Assembly (NCBI GenBank): GCA_004376375.1
Contig: SOJX01000096.1
Span: 20,557-84,556 of the forward strand
Length of the DNA: 64,000 nucleotides
Direction of reading: 5' to 3'
Source of the DNA: Planctomycetota bacterium
GTDB lineage: Bacteria > Planctomycetota > E44-bin39
Shown here: positions 25,610 through 37,948 of the stretch, piece by piece
How the letters are laid out: each line of letters begins with the position of its first letter
How positions within the stretch are numbered: position 1 is the first letter of the stretch
Notes under the pieces: model-generated
What the model saw: only the letters and a program-made list of their open reading frames with translations
What the model was told of the DNA's origin: nothing
Database searches by the model: none
Position numbers and translations under genes: made by a program

Positions 25610-26305
25610 CTACCTGTAGACTTTGACGAGCATGCGGAGGAAACGCAAAGTATCGCGGGCGGGTCTGATGGTGGACTGTTCGTCGCCGTAGACGCAGCTT
25701 ATCGGGACTTCCGCGAAGCGAAAACCGCGGCGGGCGGCGCGGATCAGAATCTCCGACTCGAATGCATAACGTGAAGAAGAATACTTCACACCCATGACAA
25801 CCCGCGGGCGAATAAGCCGGTATCCGGTCTGAGTATCGGATATGCCAGGTCCGCCAAGAATGGAAAGTAAAAGAGACTGGGAACGGTTGACGGCCCGGCG
25901 GTGAAGCGGCATTTCTTTCGGATTGCGGAGCCTGTTGCCCAGGACGATATCCGCGCCCGTCTGGGTCATTTTGTCTATAAAGCGGGGCATTTCTTCGGGG
26001 AGGTGCTGGCCGTCGGCGTCGAGAGTGAATGCGGCGTCAAATCCTTTATGTCCGGCAAGCTGCAGGCCCTTTATCAGCGCAACCCCCTTTCCGCGATTGC
26101 GCTCGAATCTGACAACTTCGGCACCCGCCGAGGAAGCAACATCGGAGGTATCGTCGCTCGAACCGTCGTCGATAACCCAGACGTCGTGGAGGTAACGCTT
26201 CACGCGGCGCACCACGTCGGCAATGTGCTTACCCTCGTTGTATGCAGGAATAACAGCGCAGCAGGTCAGTTCAGAGGTGAGTGAATCGGCCGCACAAGTG
26301 GCCAT
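25610..26305 (-). CDS. GT2-family glycosyltransferase (polyprenol-phosphate sugar transferase, DPM1-like)
   Basis: CAVIPAYNE...VWVIDDGSSDDT...NRGKG motifs of GT2 dolichyl/undecaprenyl-phosphate glycosyltransferases. 231 aa. Confidence 0.65.
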   Translation of the reverse strand: MATCAADSLTSELTCCAVIPAYNEGKHIADVVRRVKRYLHDVWVIDDGSSDDTSDVASSAGAEVVRFERNRGKGVALIKGLQLAGHKGFDAAFTLDADGQHLPEEMPRFIDKMTQTGADIVLGNRLRNPKEMPLHRRAVNRSQSLLLSILGGPGISDTQTGYRLIRPRVVMGVKYSSSRYAFESEILIRAARRGFRFAEVPISCVYGDEQSTIRPARDTLRFLRMLVKVYR

Positions 26306-26308
26306 ATC

Positions 26309-28906
26309 TTACTTCTTTTTTTCTTTACCCGCCTTCTTGGCGGGCTTTTTCCTGGACGGCGACGCTTTCTTCATGCTCTTTGTGGTCTTACACGCGGGAT
26401 AGCCGGAGCATGCGAGGAACTTGCCGCGCGGACCGCTCTTTATAACCATTTTCTTGCCGCAGTTTTCGCAGACTTCATCTGTTTCCGGCTCTTTTTCCTT
26501 TTCTTCCTTCTCCAGCGTCCGAGTATTGCGGCATTTCGGATAACCGCTGCAACCGATAAAGCGCGCACCGCCCCGCCCCACGCGGTAGACCAGAGGCTTC
26601 CCGCATTTTTCACACATTTCCCCGGTCTCTTTGGGCGGTTCCTTGGCTTTCTTACCCGCAATTGGCTTCGTGTTCTTGCAGTTCGGATACGCGGAGCATG
26701 CCCAGAAGCGTCCGCGCCGGGAAGCCTTCACAACCATCTGGCTTCCGCATTTATCGCATGTCGGCGCCTCTTCATCCTCCCCGGTCTTTCCGCCGATGGG
26801 GCGGGTATTCTTACAGTCGGGATATGCCGAGCAGGCGAGAAACTTGCCGCGCCTCCCTGCCTTTACGACCATGGGACTGCCGCATTTCTCACACTTCTCC
26901 TCCCCCTCGCCGGGCTTTTCTATTTCACCGTCCTCATTGATTGAAAGAGTTGTCTTGCATTTCGGATATCCGGTACATGCGAGGAAGCGCCCGTGCTTTC
27001 CCGTTCGGATAACCATCGGTTCGCCGCAGTTGGGGCATTTATGGTCGGTCGGCTCCGGCTCGGTTCGGGAGCCGTTAAGCGACATCGCCGTTTTACATTT
27101 CGGGTATTTCGAACATCCGAGAAAACGGCCCCGTTTGTTCAGTTTATACACCATAGGTGAGTTGCACTTGGGACAAACCTCCTCGGATTGCTCCGGGTCT
27201 TTGTTTATATTCGTCATTTCCTTTTTTGCATGTTCGAGTTCAGAAGAAAAGGGCTCGTAAAACTCCCTGAGCAGTCCGACCCAATCGCCCTCGCCCTCCT
27301 CTATGCTGTCGAGACTGTCCTCCAGTTTTGAAGTAAACTCGAGGTTCATAAGCTTGGGAAAGTGCTTCACCAGTTTCTCGGTAACGGCAATCCCGAGGTC
27401 GCTGGCATGGAGCTTGCGTTCGCGGTCCTCGACGTAACCGCGCTGGATAATCGTTGAAAGGATGTGCGCATACGTAGAGGGCCGGCCGATCCCTTCCCGC
27501 TCCAGGGCCCTGACGAGCGAAGCCTCGTTATAGCGCGGCGGCGGCTGGGTAAAATGCTGCTCCGGCGATATCTCGTCCAGCGAAACGCCGTCGCCTTCGG
27601 CAACGTCAGGCAGCGTCTGGTCCTCTTTTTTGCCCTTCGTGCCCGTCAGTTTCGTATAGCCGTCAAACTTTGTAATGCGGCCCGTCGCCCGGAGGAGGAA
27701 CCTGCCGCCTGTGATTTCAACCGTCGTCACGGCATAAACGGCAGGATGCATCTGGCTGGCTACGAACCGCTCCCAGATCAGCGTATAGAGTTTATGCTGA
27801 TGGGGGGTCAAGAACTGCTCCACCTTTTCGGGCATGTACCCGACCTGCGTCGGGCGGATCGCCTCGTGCGCCTCCTGTGCGCCTTTTTTCGACTTATAGG
27901 TGTGGGGCGCCTCGGGAAGGTACTTTTCGCCAAACACCTTGTTGATATGGCCGCGCACCTCCTCGATAGCCTCGCCGGCGACATTAACGGAGTCGGTCCG
28001 CATATACGTGATAAGTCCGACCGGCCCCTCCTCGCCGATATCCACTCCCTCGTAAAGCTGTTGGGCCAGCATCATCGTCTGCTTGGGGTGGAAGCGGAAC
28101 CTGGTGGACGCCTGCTGCTGGAGCGTGGAAGTCGTGAAAGGGGGCGAGGGGTTGTCCTGCTTGTCTTTCTTATCGACAAGTGTAATTGTAAAGTTCTGTT
28201 TCCCAATGTCTTTGACCGTTTTTTCGGCCTCTGCCTGAGATGAAATTTTAGGGTCCTCTTTATCGATTTTCTTCAAATCGACAATAAACGGAGTGTCCCG
28301 GTGCTTATCCGGAAGGGCTTTCGCTTTTACTTCCCAATACTCCTCCGGTTTGAAACCCTGGATTTCCTTTTCCCTCTCCGCCACCATGCGCACGGCGACG
28401 GACTGCACGCGCCCGGCGGAAAGGCCTCTCCAGAATTTTTCCCATAAAAGCGGTGAAAGCTGATAGCCCACGATCCGATCCAGGATTCGCCTGGCCTGCT
28501 GGGCGTTGACCTTGTTCATCGATATCTTGCCGGGGTTCTCAAAGGCTTTCAAGATGGCTTTTTTGGTTATCTCGTTGAAAGTCACGCGGAAAAGCTTCTT
28601 ATTCGGCAGCCTGAGGGCCTTGGCGATATGCCATGCAATCGCCTCACCCTCACGGTCGAGGTCGGGGGCAAGGTAAACCGCATCCGCTTCCTTTGCCGCT
28701 TTCCGCAGTTCGGCCAGTACTTTGGCCTGCCCGCGAATGGTCTTATAGGTGGGTGTAAAATCACTTTCAATATCAATGCCCAGCTCTTTGGGTGGAAGAT
28801 CGCGGACATGGCCTTTCGACGCCTTTACAACATATTTCCCACCAAGATACTTGGTTATGGTTTTAGCCTTGGTCGGTGACTCGACAATTACCAGTGGTTT
28901 CCCCAT
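26309..28906 (-). CDS. topA: DNA topoisomerase I with six tandem C-terminal C4 zinc ribbons
   Basis: MGKPLVIVESPTKAKTI...KGHVRDLP Toprim start. Type IA core throughout. Six repeats of CxxCGxxM...RGxFxxCSxYPxCK in the C-terminal 300 aa. Confidence 0.9.
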   Translation of the reverse strand: MGKPLVIVESPTKAKTITKYLGGKYVVKASKGHVRDLPPKELGIDIESDFTPTYKTIRGQAKVLAELRKAAKEADAVYLAPDLDREGEAIAWHIAKALRLPNKKLFRVTFNEITKKAILKAFENPGKISMNKVNAQQARRILDRIVGYQLSPLLWEKFWRGLSAGRVQSVAVRMVAEREKEIQGFKPEEYWEVKAKALPDKHRDTPFIVDLKKIDKEDPKISSQAEAEKTVKDIGKQNFTITLVDKKDKQDNPSPPFTTSTLQQQASTRFRFHPKQTMMLAQQLYEGVDIGEEGPVGLITYMRTDSVNVAGEAIEEVRGHINKVFGEKYLPEAPHTYKSKKGAQEAHEAIRPTQVGYMPEKVEQFLTPHQHKLYTLIWERFVASQMHPAVYAVTTVEITGGRFLLRATGRITKFDGYTKLTGTKGKKEDQTLPDVAEGDGVSLDEISPEQHFTQPPPRYNEASLVRALEREGIGRPSTYAHILSTIIQRGYVEDRERKLHASDLGIAVTEKLVKHFPKLMNLEFTSKLEDSLDSIEEGEGDWVGLLREFYEPFSSELEHAKKEMTNINKDPEQSEEVCPKCNSPMVYKLNKRGRFLGCSKYPKCKTAMSLNGSRTEPEPTDHKCPNCGEPMVIRTGKHGRFLACTGYPKCKTTLSINEDGEIEKPGEGEEKCEKCGSPMVVKAGRRGKFLACSAYPDCKNTRPIGGKTGEDEEAPTCDKCGSQMVVKASRRGRFWACSAYPNCKNTKPIAGKKAKEPPKETGEMCEKCGKPLVYRVGRGGARFIGCSGYPKCRNTRTLEKEEKEKEPETDEVCENCGKKMVIKSGPRGKFLACSGYPACKTTKSMKKASPSRKKPAKKAGKEKKK

Positions 28907-29235
28907 TAATACCTCATCGAACTGTACAGCCGGCGTCTATGGTGTTACCGAACAAAAAACAAAACATTTCCCTTAAATAATCGGGCTATTCTAGCAGAAA
29001 CTGAAGTCCTGTCAAAATAATTTTATCGCCAGACGGTCGTAAACCTGTAAATCCAGCCATTTCGAGGAATTTGTATTGAATTTCCCCGTCATTTTTTATA
29101 TAATAATAAAAGTAGTTGTCGGACACTTCCGCAATGCGGGGTAGGGGGATAAATCAAACGCCCTTCCGGGCGTGTGATTACATTCCCATATTCGATTTCT
29201 ATCGTTCGCTGAGCTTCTTAGTGGGGAGAAGAGAT

Positions 29236-31368
<2,133 letters not shown>

Positions 31369-31426
31369 GGATTGAAACTATAATCAGATAGGCTGGCAGC
31401 ATCATCCTGGTTAAACCGGCAATCAT

Positions 31427-31461
31427 CACCCGGCGCCGAATACGGCGCCGGGTTTTTTTTC
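31427..31461 (+). terminator. Rho-independent terminator after 29236..31368
   Basis: cacccggcgccgaatacggcgccgggt followed by TTTTTTTT. Confidence 0.65.
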
Positions 31462-31871
31462 GTCTTTGTACAGGTTTTACTTGCCTGCAAAGGCTTTTAT
31501 TGGTAGAATATTGTGACTGAATATGTGAACACCTCACCGGGGAAGAGAATTTTGCCCAACGGCAGAACTGATTGAACCCTTAAACCAGGTAAAGGAGTAA
31601 TCTTGCGGGGCCCATGATACCGCGTTTATACTATTGAAAATTGGAAATTCCGGCGAAAAAGAACCCGGCTCTTTGAAAGCGCAACTGACTTACGAGCAAA
31701 TAGTTACGCCAATCGCAGGTAATTTGCTTGGATTTTTTGCAAGGTTAAGAGATATAATCAGTCTTAATATCATGTGAGACATTATATGTATACTAGAATG
31801 TCTCGAGGAAAATTGCTCGTGGATCATTAGCGGAAACTTAACACGATCCTTATCTAAGCATAGGAGCAATC

Positions 31872-32582
31872 ATGCGCAAATCTCCAATCTTGGTCCTGGC
31901 AATAATCTTATCCGTTTCAGTAGCTTTCTCCATTAACTGCGGCGGCAGCGGCGGGGGAACGAAAATCGTCTACCCGAGCACGAACACCGGCACGGGCACG
32001 ACGGGAACCGGAACCGGCACAGATACCGGGACCGGCACGGGAACCGGAACGACAACTTCCACAAATACTCTCCGGGTAGAACTCGGTCCCAACAATCCCG
32101 GCGGAAAAATGACCTGGCAATTGCCGGACACGGGAACGTTCGACTGCTGCCTGCTTCAATTCAGGTTCGAGGCAATTGGCGGTAACGTCAGCGTTATCTC
32201 GATGGTGGTCACTGATACCGGAGACGGAAGCCTGACCAATGGAATCGCGATGAAATGTAACGTCTGGGAAGACATAGGCGACTGTGCGGGAAAGTGGGAC
32301 CCAAGCGACGTAAGGGTAGCAAACGACGTTGCCTGGGACGACACGCGAACAGTAACGATTACATTCACCACTCCTATTAAACTTGAAAACCTCGTACGAA
32401 GAACTTTTATTATCTGTTACAAGGTAATATGTCCCAATTATTCACTGGATCCTCTCTACTATCAGGCGGTAATCCCTGTTGATCAGATTGACGCCGTGGA
32501 AACAGGCGGGTCTCTGAAAGTACCAACCGATCCGCCTAGCGGCAACATAACCGGCCAGCAAACCTTATTTGCGCCCATTTGA
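31872..32582 (+). CDS. Paralogous smaller lipoprotein with a Gly-Thr linker and a C-terminal domain related to that of 29236..31368
   Basis: Lipobox [33 protein letters not shown] linker (DNA array 31984-32056). 236 aa. Confidence 0.55.
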   Translation: MRKSPILVLAIILSVSVAFSINCGGSGGGTKIVYPSTNTGTGTTGTGTGTDTGTGTGTGTTTSTNTLRVELGPNNPGGKMTWQLPDTGTFDCCLLQFRFEAIGGNVSVISMVVTDTGDGSLTNGIAMKCNVWEDIGDCAGKWDPSDVRVANDVAWDDTRTVTITFTTPIKLENLVRRTFIICYKVICPNYSLDPLYYQAVIPVDQIDAVETGGSLKVPTDPPSGNITGQQTLFAPI

Positions 32583-32603
32583 CGATATTATTATATAGAC
32601 AAG

Positions 32604-32637
32604 AACCCGGGCATATGCATGCCCGGGTTTTTTTTAT
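32604..32637. terminator. Bidirectional rho-independent terminator between convergent genes
   Basis: aacccgggcatatgcatgcccgggtt followed by TTTTTTT. Confidence 0.65.
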
Positions 32638-32659
32638 TCTCTCCCAAATACCCGCTTCT

Positions 32660-33340
32660 TTATCCTTTAAACTTATACCCCACGCTGCGGACGGAGATGA
32701 TGTACCTGGGGTCGGTCGCGTCTTCCTCGAGCGCCTTGCGCAGCTTCACGATATGGTTGTCGACGGTGCGGGTGGTCGGGGCGACGTCGTAGCCCCAGAC
32801 CGCTTTTAACAGTGCTTCCCGCGTAACAACCTTGCCGCGCCTTTCGATAAAGACCCTCAGAATATGAAACTCGCGGGTCGTAAGCTCGATCTTCTTCTTG
32901 CCTTTAACGACCTCCATCCGCTCGAAATCCACGCGGACGTTGCCGAACTTGTAGGATTTGAGCTCGGATTCCGGCTCCACCTCGCGGCGAAGGACCGCCT
33001 TCACACGGGCAAGAAACTCCTGCACGCCGAACGGCTTGGTGATGTAGTCGTCCGCGCCGAGGTCGAGGCCGCGCACCTTGTCGGTCTCTTCCCTCTTGGC
33101 GGAAAGGATTATTATGCGCGCCGGGTTCTTCTCCTTGCGCAGGCGCTTGCAGACCTCGAACCCGTTCATCTTCGGCAGCATGATGTCCAGGATAATCAGG
33201 TCCGGCGCCTTTTGCCGCGCGAGGGTGAGCCCTCTCTTCCCGTCCCGGGCGGTGAACACCGTATACCCATCCATCTCGAGATTGTCCTTAATGCCCATAA
33301 GGATCGGTCTTTCGTCCTCGACTACGAGTATCTTCTCCAT
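32660..33340 (-). CDS. OmpR/PhoB-family response regulator
   Basis: Receiver domain (VVEDE...D...ILDIMLP...K) plus winged-helix output domain. 226 aa. Confidence 0.85.
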   Translation of the reverse strand: MEKILVVEDERPILMGIKDNLEMDGYTVFTARDGKRGLTLARQKAPDLIILDIMLPKMNGFEVCKRLRKEKNPARIIILSAKREETDKVRGLDLGADDYITKPFGVQEFLARVKAVLRREVEPESELKSYKFGNVRVDFERMEVVKGKKKIELTTREFHILRVFIERRGKVVTREALLKAVWGYDVAPTTRTVDNHIVKLRKALEEDATDPRYIISVRSVGYKFKG

Positions 33341-33357
33341 GGATTATTCCTTCCCGC

Positions 33358-35571
33358 CTACCCGCTTTCATCAAGCGGCAGCGCTATGGTAAAAATACTA
33401 CCCTTGCCCGGAGAACTCTGGACGTCGATCTGCCCGCCGTGAGCGGTTGCCACGGCCTGGACAAGCGTAAGGCCGAGCCCTGTGCCGGATACTTCCGGAA
33501 TCTCTCTGCTGCCGGCGCGGTAAAACTTATCGAATATCCGCTCCAGGTCTTCCTCCCTGATTCCAATCCCCCGGTCGCGTACGCTGATACGGACGTGCCC
33601 CTCAACCAGTTTGACCGAAACATCGATTATGCGGTCCTCTTCCCGAGAATACTTCACAGCGTTCGACAGGAGGTTAAGAACGGAACGGCTCAGGGCGTCC
33701 TGGTCCATCTGAATTACCGGTACGTCTTCGTCGAAAGAAGTCCGCACCTCGAAATCCTGCTCCTGCATGTAATAGCTGAAGACCTGAAGCGTCCTGCGCA
33801 CGACTTCCACCGGGTCGGCCGGAGCGAATGAGTAACTTTTCTTCCCGGCCTCGAGCCTGGAAAAGTCCAGGACATTATCAATTAATTTTGTGAGCCGTTC
33901 GCTTTCCGCGGAAATAATGTCGTAGTATTCCCGCCGTTTGTTTTCATCAGGTACGCGGTCGAGCTTCAGCATCTCCCCGAACATGCGAATCGAGGTAAGG
34001 GGGGTCTTGAGCTCATGCGAGACATTGGATACGAAACTCGCGCGCAGCCGGGTCAGCTCGAGCTCTTTGCGGATAAACCTGAGCACCAGGAAAACACCGA
34101 GCAGGAGACTCACAACCAGAACGGAAATGAGCGCGATATCCAGGTTTCTTCTCCTCGCAAATATGCGGGAGAGCTCGCGCGGGTCACGGAAGAAAACCTG
34201 AAGTTTCATATCCGAAAGCGGCGCCGGCATGGCAACTTCAAGATGAGGCTTCGCCGCTTCGAGCGGTTTTGTTCCGGCGAGCACTTTTCCGTTTTTGCCA
34301 ACCGCCGCCACGGAAATTTCTTCCGGGAAGCGCTCGGCGGAAAGCAAGGGAGGCAGAACGTCCCTGATCAACCTGACCTCGTCAAGCGCAAAACCGGCCG
34401 CGATATATTTCCTGTCGCTCCGCTGTCCGACCCGGAAGATAAAGCGAAAATCACATTCCTCCCTTTCCACGGTATAGTCCAGCCGTTTATCAAGATATTC
34501 TCCCATTTCGCTGAACTTTGATTTGAAATCCATTGCAAAAGAATCGCTGATAACGCCCCCGAGTTTCTTTATCCATGTCTCACGCCGTCTCTCATGACGC
34601 AATAACGAATACCTTCTTCGAATTTCATCGTCAACCGGATTTCGCTTCAACAACGAATCCAGCCTGCCCCCGGCAATGTCAAGATAGGCCCGTTTCTCCC
34701 GTGCCGAGATACTGAAACGGCGCTCGAGAAGCCCTTTGTACAGTTCACTCAGGGCGTTCGCCGCGTTCCGCGTGCGGCCAAGCTTCAGGGCGCAGTCGGC
34801 CCATTGAAAATATGCAATAAGCCTGAGCGGAATATCTTCGCCGGCAAAAAGAGACGCGACTGCGCCTCCCGCACCGTCACTTGAAACTGCAATCTCGCGG
34901 AACAGGCCCAGCGCCTTTTCGTAGTTCTTCTCGCGGTAGTAAGTGTTTGCAATCATGTCCCGCGAAAGCAGGGCTAAATCGCCGTTGGAAGGTTTTGCCA
35001 GTTGTGTAATCGCTATATGCTGATTGCGGGCTGCGGTCCGGTCGCCCTGAACGTTCTGCATCTCAAGCGCATTTTCGTAAAGATCGAGCAGTCTGCCGCG
35101 CTCAAGATGCAAACGCCGTAAAGCCTTTCCCTTAAGCTCTGCGCCCGGTTGAGACGTCACGAGGAATTCAAGCAGGTCGGGCCTTCCCGCCGCGGAACCG
35201 GACGGGGGCGGGTATAGAACTTCCCCGGTCGTATCGAATGCGAACGCTTCTACAATAAGCGGCTCCTCTTTTACAAGATCCTTTACCAATCCGCCGAAGT
35301 TTTTTCCAAGCCTGCCGCCCACGGCTCGCGGGATAATTTCCTCCGTGATAGCGTAGTCCATAAGGCCGAAATGCTTTTCCAGGCTGTCCATGACCAGCCC
35401 GAGCTGGCGGCGGTATTCTTCGCGGTAACGCTGTTCAAATACAAGCTGTTCCTGCCCGAGGCTGGTGAGGCTGTAATACGAAAGGAAAAGGCCCGGCAGC
35501 ACAATCAGGAAAACGAAAGTGAGCACGATGTAAAGATAGGTGCGTTTTGCCGATACCGGTCGCTGCGCCAT
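33358..35571 (-). CDS. Sensor histidine kinase with a large N-terminal sensor region (helical/TPR-like)
   Basis: One transmembrane helix near the N-terminus, a second before the HisKA domain. H-box SHELKTPLTSI. HATPase_c G-boxes (GTGLGLTLV). Adjacent to the response regulator. Confidence 0.8.
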   Translation of the reverse strand: MAQRPVSAKRTYLYIVLTFVFLIVLPGLFLSYYSLTSLGQEQLVFEQRYREEYRRQLGLVMDSLEKHFGLMDYAITEEIIPRAVGGRLGKNFGGLVKDLVKEEPLIVEAFAFDTTGEVLYPPPSGSAAGRPDLLEFLVTSQPGAELKGKALRRLHLERGRLLDLYENALEMQNVQGDRTAARNQHIAITQLAKPSNGDLALLSRDMIANTYYREKNYEKALGLFREIAVSSDGAGGAVASLFAGEDIPLRLIAYFQWADCALKLGRTRNAANALSELYKGLLERRFSISAREKRAYLDIAGGRLDSLLKRNPVDDEIRRRYSLLRHERRRETWIKKLGGVISDSFAMDFKSKFSEMGEYLDKRLDYTVEREECDFRFIFRVGQRSDRKYIAAGFALDEVRLIRDVLPPLLSAERFPEEISVAAVGKNGKVLAGTKPLEAAKPHLEVAMPAPLSDMKLQVFFRDPRELSRIFARRRNLDIALISVLVVSLLLGVFLVLRFIRKELELTRLRASFVSNVSHELKTPLTSIRMFGEMLKLDRVPDENKRREYYDIISAESERLTKLIDNVLDFSRLEAGKKSYSFAPADPVEVVRRTLQVFSYYMQEQDFEVRTSFDEDVPVIQMDQDALSRSVLNLLSNAVKYSREEDRIIDVSVKLVEGHVRISVRDRGIGIREEDLERIFDKFYRAGSREIPEVSGTGLGLTLVQAVATAHGGQIDVQSSPGKGSIFTIALPLDESG

Positions 35572-35788
35572 GTTGGCTGTTTCCCCCGGGCGTTATGCGG
35601 AATGCTTTACCCCCGTTAGTATATTCAACATCTGCGCGCCTGTCAAACCCTTACCGGCAAACATGGTGTTGTAAAATGAGATTCGATGTGTACAATAGAG
35701 CGGTCAGCTTTCAGCAATCAGCTTTCAACTATTTATTAATTATTGGCTGATCGCTGAATGCTGAGCGCTGAATGCTTGAATAAGGGCC

Positions 35789-36415
35789 GTGAAAATGCCG
35801 GACGACCATCCCACCCGCACATGGCAGGAAGCTGAAGACCTGCTCCACTCGCTCGCGTCTCCGGACGAGCCCTGGGTCCACCATTCCCGCAGGACAAGCG
35901 AGGTTGCCGGCCGAATCGCGGACGCTCTTGCCGAGGCGGGGCAGGATATAGACCCGGCTTACATCCGCATCTGCGGGCTCCTGCACGACGTGGGAAGAAG
36001 CATTGACCACGGGTTCCTGCACGGCTGGGAAGGCTACCAGATAATGATGGAACGCGGTTTCGGCGCCTATGCGAAATGCTGCGTATCACACTGGTTCAAG
36101 GGCCGCTCCAAGAAACTCATCCGCGACGAAAACATCTCGCTCGAGACAGCGCTCCTGGAACAGGACATCTACGACAAGGTCGGAGCCGACACATTCGAAC
36201 TGGATGAAAAAATAGTCGCGCTGGCCGACAGCATGACCCTCGTCGACAGGATGGTAACCATCGACGAGCGCTATGACGAAGCTGAAGAAAGGTACGGCAC
36301 TTCCCCCTGGATTACGGGGAACCGCAGAATCTCGCATGCGATCAAGGCGGAATTCGACGCGCTTCTCGGTTACGACCTTGAAACGCTGTTTCCTGAGCTT
36401 GGAAAGCAGAAATAA
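35789..36415 (+). CDS. HD-domain phosphohydrolase
   Basis: H...LLHDVGR...D motif set. 208 aa. Confidence 0.65.
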   Translation: MKMPDDHPTRTWQEAEDLLHSLASPDEPWVHHSRRTSEVAGRIADALAEAGQDIDPAYIRICGLLHDVGRSIDHGFLHGWEGYQIMMERGFGAYAKCCVSHWFKGRSKKLIRDENISLETALLEQDIYDKVGADTFELDEKIVALADSMTLVDRMVTIDERYDEAEERYGTSPWITGNRRISHAIKAEFDALLGYDLETLFPELGKQK

Positions 36416-36416
36416 T

Positions 36417-36506
36417 GGTCCCTTGGTCCCTCAGTCCATTGGTCTATTGGTCTATATATTATTCTTAATAAGACCAAGAGACCAAGGGGCCAAAGGACCA
36501 ATAGAC
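36417..36506. repeat. Intergenic palindrome built on TGGTCYM/ATTGGTC heptad-like repeats
   Basis: ggtcccttggtccctcagtccattggtctattggtct...agaccaagagaccaaggggccaaaggaccaatagacc. Confidence 0.65.
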
Positions 36507-36595
36507 CTGTTTGGATTTGTGTTGCGTTCGTGCCGGGCTCATGCTAGGATGACGTCGAATCTCAGGCGCATTTTGTTATCGGAAAGGAGAAGGTC

Positions 36596-37138
36596 ATGTT
36601 GCGGATTTTGCTTCTTTTCCTCGCGCTTTTTGCCATTGCGTCCTTCCCGGTTATGGTTTCAGGTTGCACGGGTAGAAGTGACTACGATCCTTACGAAGAA
36701 GATGACGTGGATGATTACAGCGACTATTCGTCCTCGTCGTCACCATCCTCATCCGGGTCGCCAATGCCCGGCGCCGGCGTCGGCATCTCACCGGGCGGCG
36801 GCACACCTACCGCCGGGTCCGGGGCCGTCCGCCTTGCCGACGGCAGAGTAATGAGCGGCGCCGACCGGGGCGGGCAGCTTAACAGGACCGATTACGAGCA
36901 TTACCGCAAGGGGTCTATCGCCCTCGGGCAAGGCCTGAAAATCTACAAGAGATATTTCCAGATGAAAGGCGACGGCGCTGAAGTCGATCCCGCCATGGCC
37001 CACCGTGGAGTCGCCAAACTCAAAGAAGCCCTCACGGCATTTGAAAAGATCAGAAGCGTAAGAGGCAGCATGAAAGAGCAGATTGAAGACGAAAAGAGCA
37101 AAGCTGCCCACTGGATAAGCGACCTGTTGCGCGAGTAA
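36596..37138 (+). CDS. Lipoprotein with an acidic/Ser-rich linker, hypothetical
   Basis: Lipobox VMVSGCTG. 180 aa. Confidence 0.5.
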   Translation: MLRILLLFLALFAIASFPVMVSGCTGRSDYDPYEEDDVDDYSDYSSSSSPSSSGSPMPGAGVGISPGGGTPTAGSGAVRLADGRVMSGADRGGQLNRTDYEHYRKGSIALGQGLKIYKRYFQMKGDGAEVDPAMAHRGVAKLKEALTAFEKIRSVRGSMKEQIEDEKSKAAHWISDLLRE

Positions 37139-37230
37139 CGGGTATTTTCTATACCGGCACGAAATCACGCGGCGGTTTCCCGGCGCATGTTCAGAACGAA
37201 CCGTGCGATGGATCGCCGCTTTTTTATTGT

Positions 37231-37266
37231 AACCGAAGAACCGAACAACCGAACAACCGAATAACT
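37231..37266. repeat. (G/C)AACCGAA tandem repeat upstream of the 37270 gene
   Basis: aaccgaagaaccgaacaaccgaacaaccgaataac. Confidence 0.5.
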
Positions 37267-37269
37267 ATT

Positions 37270-37656
37270 ATGTTTCTAGCCTATCTCGGACTGACCGCCG
37301 TCATTATCCTCTGCACGCTCGCCGTCTGGGAAGCGCGCCGCAAGTTCGGCAACAGCGGAATCGAAGTTCCCATCATCGGGGCCATCGTATGGTTCCTCAT
37401 GACGGTTGGATTTCTCGTACACGCGGTCTCCATGCCGCCGGCGGTAAAGGAAAAGGAAGAACCCGTCAATATCCAGGAAAGAACACTGCCGAAGACGGAC
37501 CGCTCGGCAAATCCAAGAGGCGTTTTCCATCCTCCAAAAATGAAACGGCGGCCCGGTCGAAAGCCCCGGGGGGATGAGTTTGAAGAAGAGGACATGTTCG
37601 GCGGCGAGCCCGAAAATCTGTTTCCCCCGGGAGGGGAAAACAGATCCAACCGCTGA
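37270..37656 (+). CDS. Small membrane protein, hypothetical
   Basis: Two transmembrane helices then a basic/acidic tail. 128 aa. Confidence 0.4.
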   Translation: MFLAYLGLTAVIILCTLAVWEARRKFGNSGIEVPIIGAIVWFLMTVGFLVHAVSMPPAVKEKEEPVNIQERTLPKTDRSANPRGVFHPPKMKRRPGRKPRGDEFEEEDMFGGEPENLFPPGGENRSNR

Positions 37657-37840
37657 AGAAAGTATGAAGTATGAAGGCTGAAGTATGAATTAAGAATATT
37701 TATTTTATAATCCGTCCTTCATCTTTAAAGAACTCGCCGAGCAAACCGGTCTGGTTGCGCTCGGCGGCTAATTATTATATTATTAGCATATTCTTCTTTT
37801 CATCCTTCATACTTCATCCTTCATACTTTCTTCATACTTT
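37655..37840. repeat. Pair of inverted GTATGAA(G) heptad arrays flanking an AT-rich spacer
   Basis: gaagaaagtatgaagtatgaaggctgaagtatgaa... and ...tcatccttcatacttcatccttcatactttcttcatacttt. Confidence 0.65.
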
Positions 37841-37854
37841 TTCCAACAGCCCTG

Positions 37855-37883
37855 TTGACAGCAAGTTCTGCACATACTATAAT
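37855..37883 (+). promoter_or_regulatory. Perfect-consensus sigma70 promoter for parA (TTGACA-17-TATAAT)
   Basis: TTGACA at 37855-37860, 17-nt spacer, TATAAT at 37878-37883. Confidence 0.55.
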
Positions 37884-37948
37884 GATTTACGACCTCGAGG
37901 GGTGGGTCCATCCACTGCCGCGTTTTTGCCGTTCAGAGAGGGGGATCA

